Source: Gekko japonicus (lineage: Eukaryota). From it: a stretch of 64,000 nucleotides of DNA. Location of the stretch: assembly GCF_001447785.1 (NCBI RefSeq), contig NW_015173680.1:936686-1000685 (forward strand), given 5' to 3'. Position 1 is the first letter of the stretch, and each line of letters starts with the position of its first letter. Below the pieces are notes generated by a model, which worked only from the letters and a program-made list of their open reading frames with translations, searched no databases and was not told the DNA's origin. Positions 1-30,339 of this stretch are shown piece by piece. The translations under genes and the position numbers were made by a program.

Positions 1-6810
<6,810 letters not shown>

Positions 6811-7797
6811 ACTACCTCAGCCAGCCTCCTGGGCTCATTGCACAGTGGAGCCAAGTTAAACTCTGCACGCACGCTGAGGAGTTGCTGCCTTGTTGGTGCT
6901 GTGGCCATCTTGTTCTGGACCTGGAAAAAGGCTTCAGCCTCTCTGGATTCCTGTTTCTCAATGGACAGCCTGCAGATTCAAACTGGACTTCTGAACCACT
7001 GCCAGTTGTTGTCCTGCTGCTCTGACTTCTGTGCTTGTGGTTTAGGTGCACATTTGTACGATGTCCAGAGGTGCAGAGTAGGGTGCAACCGAACAGGGCT
7101 GGGGGTAACATTGCTCTCACAATAGCAGCAGGTAGGCTCCAGGGGCATTTTGGGGGTGGGTGTTGCTCCCCTTTTCACAATACCCATGCTGCTTTGTTGG
7201 GTTACTCTAGAGCCAGGCTGATAGTTATGGGAGTGGGATCTTGTTGGCAAAAGGAAGGGGGGTGTAAGGATCTGCAGGGGCTGGCTTGGACTGCCACTTA
7301 GGAGGAACAAAGAAGGGCTGAACAAAAGGATCAGGGAGGAGCCAAAGGCCTAGAGGTTTCTCCCAGAAGCATTTCCTCCCATTGGGCTTGGCCACCGTGA
7401 AGCACTTCCTGTTATCTCCAGAGGCAATGGGCAGAGGAGTGGTGTGGAATGGCCGTCCTTTATGGTAGAAGGGGCCATGGTGAAACCATCCAGCCTAGCA
7501 TTGTCTACTCTTGAGTGGAAGCAGCAGCTGCTGACTTTCCTGGTATCATCACTACTTTTAGCTGGAGATGCCAGGGGTTGAACTGGAGGGATTCTTTACT
7601 GGCAAAGCATATCCCCCTCTTCCCTTGGAGCCACAACCTGTCTCCCAAAGGCACACCCCCCCCCCGCCATCTTCATGTAACTGAGAAAGAGCTGGCAGCC
7701 TTCTGAACTGTGAGCCAAGTATCGGACCCTTGGCTCGGGCACAGTAGCCATTTTTGGCTTGGAACTTTTGCTAAGATCCAAAGGACCAAGTTTTTAA

Positions 7798-7803
7798 ATT
7801 AAA
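7798..7803 (+). terminator. Candidate GGCX polyadenylation signal
   Basis: ATTAAA about 1 kb after the stop, followed by a GT/T-rich downstream element. Confidence 0.5.
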
Positions 7804-8157
7804 GTATTGAACAAAAGCGTGTGTTTCTCAGTCCTTTCTGCCACAGATAATCTTTTTCCTGTTGTGTTTGTGGGGGTCTCACAGGGCTGTAGGTGGGGCT
7901 GCTAACATGGCCACTCATGCCCCTTGTTTTCTCAGGAAGGCACACACACACCCTTAGTCCTCTTCAGCTTTTCATATCAGCCAGTAGGACTGACTGCTAT
8001 AAGAGTCAGGACTGCCACTAGGAAGCCCTGCATCACAGTGCCTAATTAAGGTAAAGCATTCCCTGCCATCATGTGGGACTGTGGACCCCTGGGCTTCAGA
8101 AAGGGCAGATAGCCATTTGGCTGTCCTGGGCACAGAAGTCCTCTGCTGCTTCTAGGT

Positions 8158-8458
8158 CGGTGATGGCGAACCTTTTAGAGACAGTGTCCAAACTGCGACC
8201 CAAAACCCACTTATTTATCGCAATTTAACCTGAATACTGAGGTTTTACTTTAGAAAAAACAACTCATACATTAACTTAAGATGATCCAAACAAAGTAAGG
8301 AAAGCAATCCCAAATGCTTTAATTTACTTAAAATTATTTGGCAGATAATTCAACACTTTAATTATGGTCTGGGCCTGGCTGGGGCGATGGCACGCGTGCC
8401 CACAGAGAGGGCTCTGAGTGCCACCTCTGGCACCCGTGCCATAGGTTCGCCATCACTG
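8158..8458. mobile_element. Non-autonomous hAT element with hAT1-type TIRs
   Basis: TIRs CGGTGATGGCGAACCT / AGGTTCGCCATCACTG; perfect 8-bp TSD TTCTAGGT. Confidence 0.88.
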
Positions 8459-8819
8459 TTCTAGGTGAAAGAGGGAAATAGGAGAGCTTTCTGGAGGCCC
8501 ACATCTGGCTGTCCAGTGGTAGAAATGGATTGCTGGCCTCAGCCCTTTGGCTAGATCCTGCAGGGCTTTTCTTGTGCACACACAATAAACTAGTCTGGTA
8601 CATGTTTGCTGGATATTATCATGGACCCACACTGTATGCCAGATTTCCTGCATGGAATTGATAGCTGTGTAAAAGAAACATGACAAGTGAAGCAGCCCTC
8701 AGTTCCCAGAGTGCACAAGAACCAAGTTCGGGCCAGGGTAGCTTGCTGATTTCTGAAGGCTGGCTGGGAGTCTCTTTCAACCTGTTATTCCCCTGTTAAG
8801 AGGGAAATAATGATAACTG

Positions 8820-9020
8820 AGAGTAAGTGAGCTACAGTGGTTGGACCAGGAATTGGGAGACCCAGCTCCAAATCCCTACTTTGCTGTGGAAGCTTGCTGG
8901 GTGACCATGGGAAAGTCACACACACTCAGGCTACTCACAGGGATGTTGTAAGGATGAAAGGGAGAATGGTGAAAGCAGTTTTGGGTTCCTGTTAGGGGAG
9001 AAAAGGGAATGTAAACAAAG
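8820..9020 (+). mobile_element. Old Squam3A/MIR-like SINE (similar copies ~26740-26900 -, ~39400-39540 -, ~40960-41110 -, ~60670-60880 +)
   Basis: Degenerate tRNA head plus GGGTGACC...CTCACAGGG..GTTGT.AGGAT core. Confidence 0.55.
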
Positions 9021-9753
9021 TAAAACCAAAAAGACTTTTTAGCAAGTGTATCAATATGCAGACATCCACAGTAATATTTGCAAAGCATCTTAAGCACTTC
9101 TACAGTACCTTTACTACATACTGAAATCTAAATAATAACAATTATTTATAGTTCTTTGAGTGTTTAAAGTGCTTCATACATATTTTCTGGGTCATACTTA
9201 GCCTGGAAGTTAAGTTGCTGCCATTCTTCTCTGGCGGCAGATGAGGCGGAAGAGATGAAGCTGACTTAGAAAGGCCTTGGGCTACCTGCTCAAGCGAGTT
9301 CAAGGCAGAGGCAATAGCCAAACCAGGCAGGGAATACCCTGTGAATGTGGGTCCTTTATCACCCCAGTGGGCTGATAAGAAACCCCAGACTGAATGTAAC
9401 ATATTAATTATAAGTTTTCAAAGCAATGCAGATAACAAATGATACAACTAAGCAAATAGAAGCGACATCAAAATCAATACAATATATAACTAAGGACAGA
9501 GGAAAACTCATAAGGCCAAATGATTACATAACACTAAAATCTCTCTCCCTATAGCACACTGCCCTCCTAATTCCCTCCAGCCTGACTAGCTAAACCCTAA
9601 ACTTTCAGTATTACAAAGTAAACTCATAGCCACCTACTGAGGCACTCTACCATTGGGGTGCTCCCACTCCTGTAGCCAAGGAATTCTTGTTACTGAAGGA
9701 GAAAATGTTTCTTAACCTACTCTGACCTTTATTTTCCTTCATCAGGGGCATTA

Positions 9754-10480
9754 TGTCAGATAAAAGGCAAATACAGGCCCCGGTTATACGGGCCAAAAAA
9801 GGGGGGGGGGGGAGTGGCTGTTTGCCCCGGGGCAAAATAACGCGTGAGCAGACGTCCCGTGGAGATCCCGTGGTTAGGGGGGAGGTGCCAATCACAGGAC
9901 AATCCTGCGGTGCTGCAAAGAAGCGGGGCCATGGGACAAACGGGTTGTGTTGTTGTTTTGAAACTAAAGTGTGTGCATGCTCCGTTGGGTGCTTGTGCCC
10001 ATCCGTGGAGACTTGAGGGGAAAAAAACCTTTTTGCGAGGGGACATGGGTGGGCGCTGGAACTTCCACCGGAAATGTGATCTGATGCCCCCTGTTATGTA
10101 TTGACTTGAATGTAAATACTGACATGCGAATCGTCTCATTGAAACTCTAGGTTAAGCTTCAGCCTGGGCTAGGATCCTAATGTAACCAATAGGAGTCCTA
10201 GCCCAGAGAGTGTCTACCAATCACGCTGTAAAGCGGGACCGCTTGTGATTGGGCTTTATATCTTCAACCTCATAGGTTGTTATTTGTACAGGGGGTGTGG
10301 CTACACTAGCCGGGAATGTTTAAATATCGACAAGCCAGTGTAAATAGTTGGTTCGAAATCTGCTGATGATGAGTTCTGTCTCTGAATGGATTCTGGCTGG
10401 CGATCGTAACTAAGCTGAAGAATAAACCGCAATTCTTGCTGAATCACTCTCCGACTCTTTGTTAAGCGCACGACTTAACA
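9754..10480 (+). mobile_element. Probable solo LTR
   Basis: TG...CA ends, CCAAT boxes (~10186, ~10217), TATA-like TTTAAATA (~10319), AATAAA 10421-10426 about 55 nt before the terminal CA; no TSD seen. Confidence 0.5.
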
Positions 10481-10980
10481 CCCGCCCATGCCCCGCAGTT
10501 TCTGGAAACTACTACCTCAGAGGTACTAGTTTTTTACAGCGCATCTTCGGAGTGAAGCCTCGGGTGAGCCACGGGAGCTCTACGCTTCCCAGATGTGGCG
10601 GTGAGATCGCGCCCGGAAAATCCGCCTATCTTCCGTCTCTCTAGCATGCCTAATGCTCCATGTGACCGCAGCCACAGACTTCCTTTTTGCTGCTCTCCAT
10701 TCAGTTTTATCCATTCATTTCTCCTCCAGAGACTAATGTCTTCTATCCGTCCCCTATTCCAGTCCATGTTTTTTGTCAATAAAACTTGGTACATTAAGTA
10801 ATTTCACTCCATAATATCTGTCCAGCATTTTCTTTTGTCCCAGCAAGTAAATGTTCCCCTACTTTTAGTATGACTTGGTTATTAGCTGTGTAGGTGAGAG
10901 AGATCTTCAGCCCCGTCCCCAATTGCCTGTATTCTTCAGTATACCTCAGTCTTTAAAACATCATTTTTGAACTTTCAAGA
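10481..10980 (-). mobile_element. Probable degenerate L1/Tx1-like LINE fragments (CpG-rich 5'UTR-like piece plus ORF2 C-terminal remnant)
   Basis: The minus strand has a GGAAGATAGGCGG YY1-like motif and a Trp-rich L1-like peptide (MYQVLL...DWN...ISLWRRNEW); similarity is weak. Confidence 0.3.
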
Positions 10981-11689
10981 TCACACAGAACATTTTGTTC
11001 ATTACAGCTGCACGGGGGGGGGGGGTGTTGGATCCAGTGTGAGTTTTTCCCATTAACCTAAGAGGAGGTGTAATTTTTGCCAAGTCCCTCTTCCTGCTGT
11101 AGACATCCCCATTTGCCCCTCATGCCAAGCTTGACGGCCCCTGGCCTCAGGAGCAGCATTTTGAGATCAACAGTCTGAAGCAGGGAGGGGAAAGGCAGGA
11201 AAGTTCTGTTCTTCTGATGGAAATGCTTTCTGTCAGCTTCAAATTTAGTCTGGACTGGACCCTATAATAAGACACACCCAGGCCTTCCTCAGAACAGCAT
11301 AACCATAACATTCTTCAGGGTTCAACAGGACTAGATGAACAGTTCTGAGTCACCCTTAGTGAACACTGAAGGCCAGCCATAAATCAAAAGATTACCTTTC
11401 ATTTCGTGAGTGAAAATCGTTTCCACAATGTACCTGGCCAGAGGGCTGCAGGATGCAGGCTCCCGATTCTCCAGCAACCACAACTGCATTATAATGAAGG
11501 AAAACTGACTTCAATTTAGGAACTTCATGGCTCAAGCAGGTGTTTCTGGGGCAGCTGGCTTGAAGCAACCACAAAATACTCAGTACATTTCTATATCCTC
11601 AGCCTAACCCAGCTAATTAATTAGGATATGGTAGCCTGCCCAACTGAATCACCCTTGAGTTGTGAAAACAGATCCCAGAACAAAACCAC

Positions 11690-11945
11690 TTCTTCAAAGG
11701 GATTACCGAGAGAGCAGGAAATACAGGTGATTACGCACAGGGGGCTTTGATACCTACCTCCCATCCGTCTCTTGTTCTGGCTCTTTGAACTGACTTTGAT
11801 ATGCTGCAATTAGGACACCGCTTGAGAGACAAAAGGGCCCCTGGCGGCTGTTTGCTGAGCTCTGGTTTTGAAGTGATCAAAGGGAGGTGGAGAGTCTGTG
11901 GGGTCTGAGGCGGAAAGGAAAGTGGGGGGCTCTTCTTATAAACAG
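11690..11945 (+). promoter_or_regulatory. DKK4: DKK4 proximal promoter with five TCF/LEF sites and a TATA box
   Basis: CTTTGA(A/T) or its complement at 11693, 11745, 11783, 11794 and 11876; TATAAA 11937-11942, about 225 nt upstream of the ATG. Confidence 0.75.
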
Positions 11946-12164
11946 GGCTGGCAAAGTGGGATGCTCAGAGAAGCCTGTTAAGCTACCAGGGTGAAATGTC
12001 ACTGGCAGCTTATTCACATAAGGAACAATCCACAAGTTTGAGACATCTCTTGTGGGAAAGCGCGTGTTGCTTGGTGACTTTTTAGCCAAGGAAACAGGCA
12101 AGAAGGATCAACAGAAGGGGCTGTCATTTTCCAGAGAACATAAAAAGATTAGACTGTGAGGAGA

Positions 12165-12275
12165 ATGGAAGCTGCCTTCTTACTGGGGATCACGTGTTTC
12201 TGCTCCCCTCTGACGGCCATGGTCCTGGACTTCAACAACATCAGGGGCTCAACTGAAGTAACCACATCCAAAAAG
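12165..12275 (+). CDS. DKK4: DKK4 coding exon 1
   Basis: [37 protein letters not shown]|gtaaac. Confidence 0.93.
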
Positions 12276-15239
12276 GTAAACACGGGAAGGGGAGGAGGGC
12301 CTGCTTGGGATTATTTCCAGAGGCTAACTGCAAGTAAAAAACCTGCAGAACCACAGGAATCATTTTTGCAGACATTTCCTATGCATGTCTACCTGGAAGG
12401 AATCACCATTGAATTGAATTAAATTAAATTAAATTTACTTCTGAGTAAATACGCTGGCAGCTCCTTAGAGAAAGCAGTGGATCCGAATGGAGGTTTGGAC
12501 CAATGTTCCCTCTAAGCTGTGAAGTCTTGTGAGCAAAAATTCAATTTCATGAGCTACTGGCATTAAAGTTGTGAGTGAGTGATTTGGTTACTGCATAAAC
12601 CAGTTTGCTCTGGAGCCATCCCTCCTGAGCTAAGACAAAAATGTGTGAGCCGGGGGCTAAAAAACTTTGAGCTAGTTCACCTTAACTCAGCTTAGAGGGA
12701 ACTGTGGTTTGGACTCAGACTTAAGCAGCACAGCCTGTTTTCCCCCAGCCTCTCTTCCCTGGCTGGGAACCGCCGTGGTATAACGGCTGCTCCTCAGTTT
12801 CAGGCACAAAAAGGAGAGAGGGATGAATTTTTTACAGATCAGTATTCTTATGATTGGCATTCAAACAGTAGTAAAAAAAAAGGCCAAATGGCAGGATTCT
12901 CACCAGACTGGTAATTACAGTTCGGCTGTAGCGGGTTAGAGAGCAGAAAGTGCTCTCCCTCAACCAACCTGAGGCAGAAGACCTTTTATCCAAAGCGTCC
13001 CCCCGCAGAACTGCCCTTTTCACTGAAAAAGTGTCCCCACCTCTCTCTGTCACTGCCTCCATAAAGAATGTTTCCTGTAAGGATGTTCTTCTTAAATTTC
13101 CCCCAAAGAATCAGCTCCTCCTTTCTATGGATGCTGCTTTCTCCTAAAACGGGTGGGTTTTATTCCCCATAGAGTGCTCAGTGCTTGACAGACAAGGACT
13201 GCCATGCTGGGAAGTTCTGCCACAAGTCCTGGGAGGAGCTGCCCTACTGTGCTACCTGCCGTGGACTGCGGCAAAGATGCCAACGCAATGCTATGTGCTG
13301 CCCAGGGTCACTCTGCATAAATGGTAAGCTGTTACTGTAACCCAAGGGACTGATCGCGAGCCTGGGCAAGAAGAGACTTGAAATAGGCAACAGGGAGAGG
13401 ATCCTTGCCTGTCACACCGTAGAGAGCCTTTAACCATAAAGGAGAAGCATCTGCAGAACCATGTCATGTACAATTCCTCTAATCAGAATGTTCCATCAAC
13501 AGTGAGTGGCTGTATGCTGCACTTTATCCTGTTAAAGTATTTGGTGACCTGGTGTCTGGTGTGGCTACACAGTGACAACAGACATTATTCTGACTTCAAA
13601 GGGTCATTCTGGAGGACTCCATTATTAATATCATGTTTGCATATTCCACCCCTAGACCTTTATCCATGATTGGAGGTAAACGGATAAATATGGACAGGAA
13701 TATGCACAGGAAACCCCTTTTTGAACATTTAATTTGATCTCCCACATACATACAGTCCCGCAGTCAGTGCTTAGTATCTCCAGTTAAAGGACCTCAGGTA
13801 GCAGAGCTGGGAAAGGTCTCCTGCCATTCTCCTTGGAATTTGACTGTCTATAGGAGAAAATACTGGACTGGAGGGACCAAAGCAGTGATGACACAAGACA
13901 ATTTCAGAAACTGACCAGTCTCCTCTTCCGTGTCAGATGTGTGCAGACAGACTGAAAAGGTGACACAGGTTGATGGGAAGAAGCACATCGAACAGGTTGG
14001 CTCAGGTTCCAAAGACATACCCCACCATCCTGTTCAAGAGCACAACATCCAGAAGAAAGGAAATACCAGAACTTCGAATGATGCAGGTAAGAAAATGTGA
14101 ACAGATGGACAGCACAGATTTTTAAAAAAACAGAAAGTACTGTTTGCTTATCATCAGCAAAAAAGAAGTACTGCAGTGTTTAAGATAAAAGACACCAGCT
14201 TACATTAAAATATTTTAATATATAGGATTCCATGCATGGCTAAATTCTTAAACTTAATCGGCTGACTTGAGACCAATGCTCCCTCTAAGCTGTGGAGTCT
14301 TGTGAGCAAAAATTCTACTTTGTGAGCTACTGGCATTAAAGTTGTGAGCGAGCGATTTGGCTACTGCATAAATTAGTTTGCTCTGGAGTCACTCTTCCTG
14401 AGCTAAGGCAAAAATGTGTGAGCCAGAGGCTAAAAAACTGTGAGCTAGCTCACACTAATTCAGCTTAGAGGGAACACTGCTTGAGACAATATTTTGATGA
14501 ATCTGAGAGACATTTTAAGTATTTAATATATAGAATGTAATAAAACTGGATCATGCTATTAAACAGAAATGAAATAATAATATACTTCCAGTAAACAATG
14601 CAGTATTTGGGGTTGTTGTTGTTTTTTTTTAAAAGAAAACTGCCTAAAATTCTCAAAGGCAATTAACCATTCTACCTTTATAGAAAGCACCCTCCAACAT
14701 AATTGTTTTACCATATCCCTATTTCCTTAAAAATACCCTGAACAGTTCCATTTCACATATCTTGCAAAACCATCCATGCAATGTATTGAGAATTTTCACA
14801 AGCAACTGTACCACAGCAACAGTAGCTGCCAGGGGCTCCAGTGGTGGGCCCCTTACATGGGCAGAGCTCTCAAACCGATGATGCCAACTCCTGACTCTGA
14901 CCCTGCAGCTTCACAAGGAAAGAGGGGCAGAGGACAAAGCCTGAAACACTGATGGGCGAATTTAATTTTGTGTCCCTTCTCACAGCTCAAGAGGGGGAAA
15001 GTTGTCTCCGCACATCTGATTGCCTTCTGGGCCTCTGCTGCGCTCGTCATTACTGGGCTAAAATCTGCAAACCCGTTCTGACAGAAGGACAGGCGTGCTC
15101 CAGGCGAGGACAGAAAGAGGGAACTCAGGAACCAGAAATTTTCCAGCGCTGCGACTGTGGACCAGGCTTATCATGTCAACCACCACTCAGTAGGACGTCG
15201 CAACATTCACGCTTGAGAGTGTGTGTGAGAAACCAATAG
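12165..15239 (+). CDS. DKK4: Dickkopf-related protein 4, complete, 221 aa; join 12165-12275,13173-13323,13937-14086,14986-15239
   Basis: Signal peptide plus [11 protein letters not shown]1 (CLTDKDC...[23 protein letters not shown]) and colipase-fold CRD2 ([10 protein letters not shown]...[15 protein letters not shown]...[14 protein letters not shown]). The 666-nt frame is open and the gene lies tail-to-tail with POLB as in mammals. Confidence 0.96.
12501..12706. mobile_element. 206-bp hAT MITE in DKK4 intron 1
   Basis: TIR CAATGTTCCCTCTAAGCTG...CAGCTTAGAGGGAAC; 8-bp TSD GTTTGGAC. Confidence 0.9.
13173..13323 (+). CDS. DKK4: DKK4 exon 2 (CRD1)
   Basis: [50 protein letters not shown]; 151 nt. 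Confidence 0.95.
13937..14086 (+). CDS. DKK4: DKK4 exon 3 (linker)
   Basis: [11 protein letters not shown]...[11 protein letters not shown]...; 150 nt, phase 1 to 1. Confidence 0.9.
14274..14479. mobile_element. 206-bp hAT MITE (same family) in DKK4 intron 3
   Basis: Same TIRs and body; 8-bp TSD CTTGAGAC. Confidence 0.9.
14986..15239 (+). CDS. DKK4: DKK4 exon 4 (CRD2)
   Basis: [13 protein letters not shown]...RLRVCVRNQ*. Confidence 0.96.
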
Positions 15240-16622
15240 TTACAGTTGTACTGGGCTCCTCCTACCTCTTGGAAGGTGGTCCAAAAGTTCAGTAGTAAAA
15301 GAGACATCCAGCCTATAAGTGGACACATTCTTACTATATAATTGCATAACCCCTGTAGTGCTGTTGAATGTTTTATATACCTGTACGACAGCCAAATATG
15401 CTGAGTCTGATTTTTGCTCTAGTGTAGCATGAAGTTATTTTTTTCCTCTCATGACTTTTTAGTTTCCTTTATGCTTTGAATGGTACAGACTCAATACTTC
15501 ATCTTCAAGCAAAGATGAAGATCCTGCTGTGCTTAATGAGATAAATAACATGCATCAGCCAAAGGGATTTTGAGAGTTTAAAGTCAACTGGCAGAGTTGA
15601 TCATTATAAGTAACAATGTCGGCTTTGCCTTGCTGGATCTGACCAAAATAATCTGTCTGGCCCAGTGTCCTGTCTCCACCAGGGGCCAGCCAGAGGCCCT
15701 TGGAAATATCACTCAAGCCTTGACTGAACAGTGTGGCTCCTGCTGCCTCCCTGAATCACTTCTGCTCTTGCTCGGCTACGTACCACACCTGCAATGCCGT
15801 AACGCCTGCAAAGCAGCCTCTATAACTGGTCTCTTTCACAAAGGCACTAAGTATCATGTATGCAAGTAGGAGAGCAGATGTGATTCAGAACATCTTGTGT
15901 TCCATCTAAAACTGGACACCACACCACCAAACTCAAGCACTTTTTAGCTCTGCTATCTGATGGGTGTTTGGCACTCCCCACTGATCTCGACCAAAATTGC
16001 TCAACTTTTGCAGGATTATGTTTGAGCTTTCCACACATACACCTCACATAAGATGGGGGGATGAAGTTCACTCAAGGCATCAGATCAGTGTGGTTGAAAA
16101 CAAGTAAGCTACTTCTGGTGCCAGAATAATATCATCTCTATTTCATGTGTTGGTTCCCAACTTTGCCTTTGCAGTGCCATCTGCTATCCAGCCAATAAAC
16201 ACACCCTTGTCTGCACTTGAATTCTGAGTCACACAACTGGGCTGCATCTTCCTATACTCACCTTTGCCAGCTCCTCCAATTATACACCTTGTGGCTGAGC
16301 GGCTGCTGGGCATGAACTCTTGGATGGCTTCACTCCTCTTTAAGATACAAATATTTTCTCACCACATCCTCCTCCTATATACCATGTACAGTATGTTTCA
16401 CTTTGGCCCACCTTATGTTGGGCACTTTCCAAAATCAAGCAAAGCCATTGATATCATGTACTTGTGAACATATATGTAAGTAGTTATTTATAAATATTTT
16501 AAAACTGTGTAATAATTCTATCAGTTTTCCCCAAGAAAGCTGCAAAGAATAATTATACTGGAACAAAAATACTGCAGCCTGTTTTGACTCCAAGCAACAT
16601 GTTAAAGGTCCTCACCCAGCAG

Positions 16623-16661
16623 AATAAAAGCAGACAAAGTGAAAACAAGATATGTTTTATT
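16623..16661. terminator. Opposed poly(A) signals, candidates for DKK4 (+) and POLB (-)
   Basis: AATAAA 16623-16628 on + and TTTATT 16656-16661 (AATAAA on -), each followed by a U/GU-rich tract. Confidence 0.5.
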
Positions 16662-17265
16662 TGTTTCTTGCTTTGCATTGTTTCGTGTGTTTTTTAATCT
16701 GCTCCCTTGAGAAGTTAAAAACTTATCCACAGCTACAGTCTTGTTTTAAATTACGGAATGAAACAGGAGTTTCTCCGGGTTCTAGTGCAGTATACAACAG
16801 TTCCAGATAGGTTTTCCCCACACTAAGCAAAGGGTTAAATCAAGCCCATAGACTACCCTTTTGAGAGCGGCAGACACAGCCCCTGTTCTGCTGAGGTTTT
16901 TCCTGCAGCCCTGAGCAAGCCTCATGGAAAGGGTACTCTGCATCCCACATGAATAAGCAGCCATCGACTGAGGAAGGCACACATACGTTCCTGTTGCACA
17001 GGTTTGGATTCAGTGTCAATTTATTACGGAAACGTGGTAGCATGATCAATTAAAAGGAAAATCAACATTTAAAGAAAGAATGCACACCATTACATCGTAC
17101 TTGGCAGTTTAATTACAGTGTATTTTTTACAGGGAAGTGGACCAAACTGTTTAAAAACAGTCACGCTTACACACACCTTCCGAAAGAGCACCACACAATA
17201 AATATGCTCCTGCGCTCAATTGCCAAGGCCTCGGCCCACGGAAGGAGCTTTGAGCCTGCACAGAG

Positions 17266-28835
<11,570 letters not shown>

Positions 28836-30339
28836 GTCGCCGCCGCCGCCAGCCAAGCCGAAGCTGCAGCCTCCGCCGACCGAGCTCGCCACCGAGCAAC
28901 GGCATCCGCTTCCGGTTGCCCAGCTTCCGGGAGGGGCGGCTGCGAACAATACGCGCAGCCCCGAGGCCACGAGTGATGGGCGCATCGCTTGTCGCTTTCC
29001 TTCTCCAGCCGTAGAAAGGCTGCGGCTCCAACTCCGCATTAAGCTTGCGGAGTAGAGCATCCGGCCTGTAATTTAGTCAACGCACTGCGAGCGTGGTTTT
29101 GTCGGCCAGTTAGTGTGTGGAGCCACACAGGACTTGGATTGAAGCCGTTTTAGGGTGAGCCCTGTCCTGTCAAACCACGAGGAGTCCTGAGACTTATTCT
29201 AGGGTCAGCCGAGTTGAACAAAATCGGTACTTGTATTTGTGCATTTGTGCAATTTTCCAAAACTGAACACAAGAGCTGTGCTGAATCGAACCAACATCCG
29301 GTTTCACACCGCAGCCAACCAGTTTCCCCGGAGGACCAACGAAGAGGGCACAGAAGCCCAACGTTGCCTCGTAGCCACTGGTATTCAAAGTTTTGCTGCC
29401 TGTAAATGTGGAGATTCCGTTTGGTCACTTCATGAATCTCTTTAATCTGGCCACCACTACATCTACTGGCAGTGAATTAGCCAATTTTATTACTAATTTA
29501 ACTTAATGAAAATGAGAGTCCAGTGTCACTTTAGAGGCTTAACACATTTTCCCACACAGCATAAACTTTGGCAGAATATATTGTACATCTGCTTTATTTT
29601 GTTGATGCAGACTAACATGGCTATCCAACTGGAATAATCATTTAACTTAGTAACTTTGTACACAGAGGTTCTCTTTAGTCATTGTGACTAATGGTTATTG
29701 TTGAATCCACTTTTAAAGCCAACTACATTAATTGCCATAACTACATCCCACAGATATTATGAAAGAGGAGGGAAATGTTTATAACCCTCCAACTGGGTTC
29801 TGGCCCTCTTCGTACTGTGAAAGCAGCTGTAACCTCTGTATATGAAGACCTAATGCCTAAAAATATTTTTCGAATTCAGAGGTAGAACCTCTCTCAATAT
29901 CACTGCTAGGTGGCAACAATAGAGACAGGCTTTGGCCTCCATGCCCTGCTTGTGGGCCTTCCTCGTTACCTGTACATGAAGCTGCTTTATACTGAATCAG
30001 ACTACAGTACTATCAAGGTCTGATTGGCAGCAGCTCTCTAGGGTCTTAGGCAGAAGTCTTTCTCATTATCTGCTGCCTGATCCTTTTAAATAGAGATGTT
30101 AGGGACTGAACCCAAGACTTTTTGCATTCAAGGAAGATGCTATACCACTGAGTCACAGCCCATCACTGTGGATATGATTTGCCACTGTGTAAAACAGGAT
30201 GCTGGACTAACAAGAACCCTTGATCTAATCTAGCATGAGCTGCTTTTATGTTCTTATGAAGATAGTAGCAAGGCTGTAGCAGAGCCATTACAAAATTGAA
30301 GATCTATGGAAAAGACACAGATGGTGCTTGTTTATGGGG

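Noticed and set aside
10360-10390. C/D-box snoRNA-like TGATGA...CTGA
   Set aside because: Too short, inside an LTR-like repeat, and lacking a terminal stem or recognisable guide.
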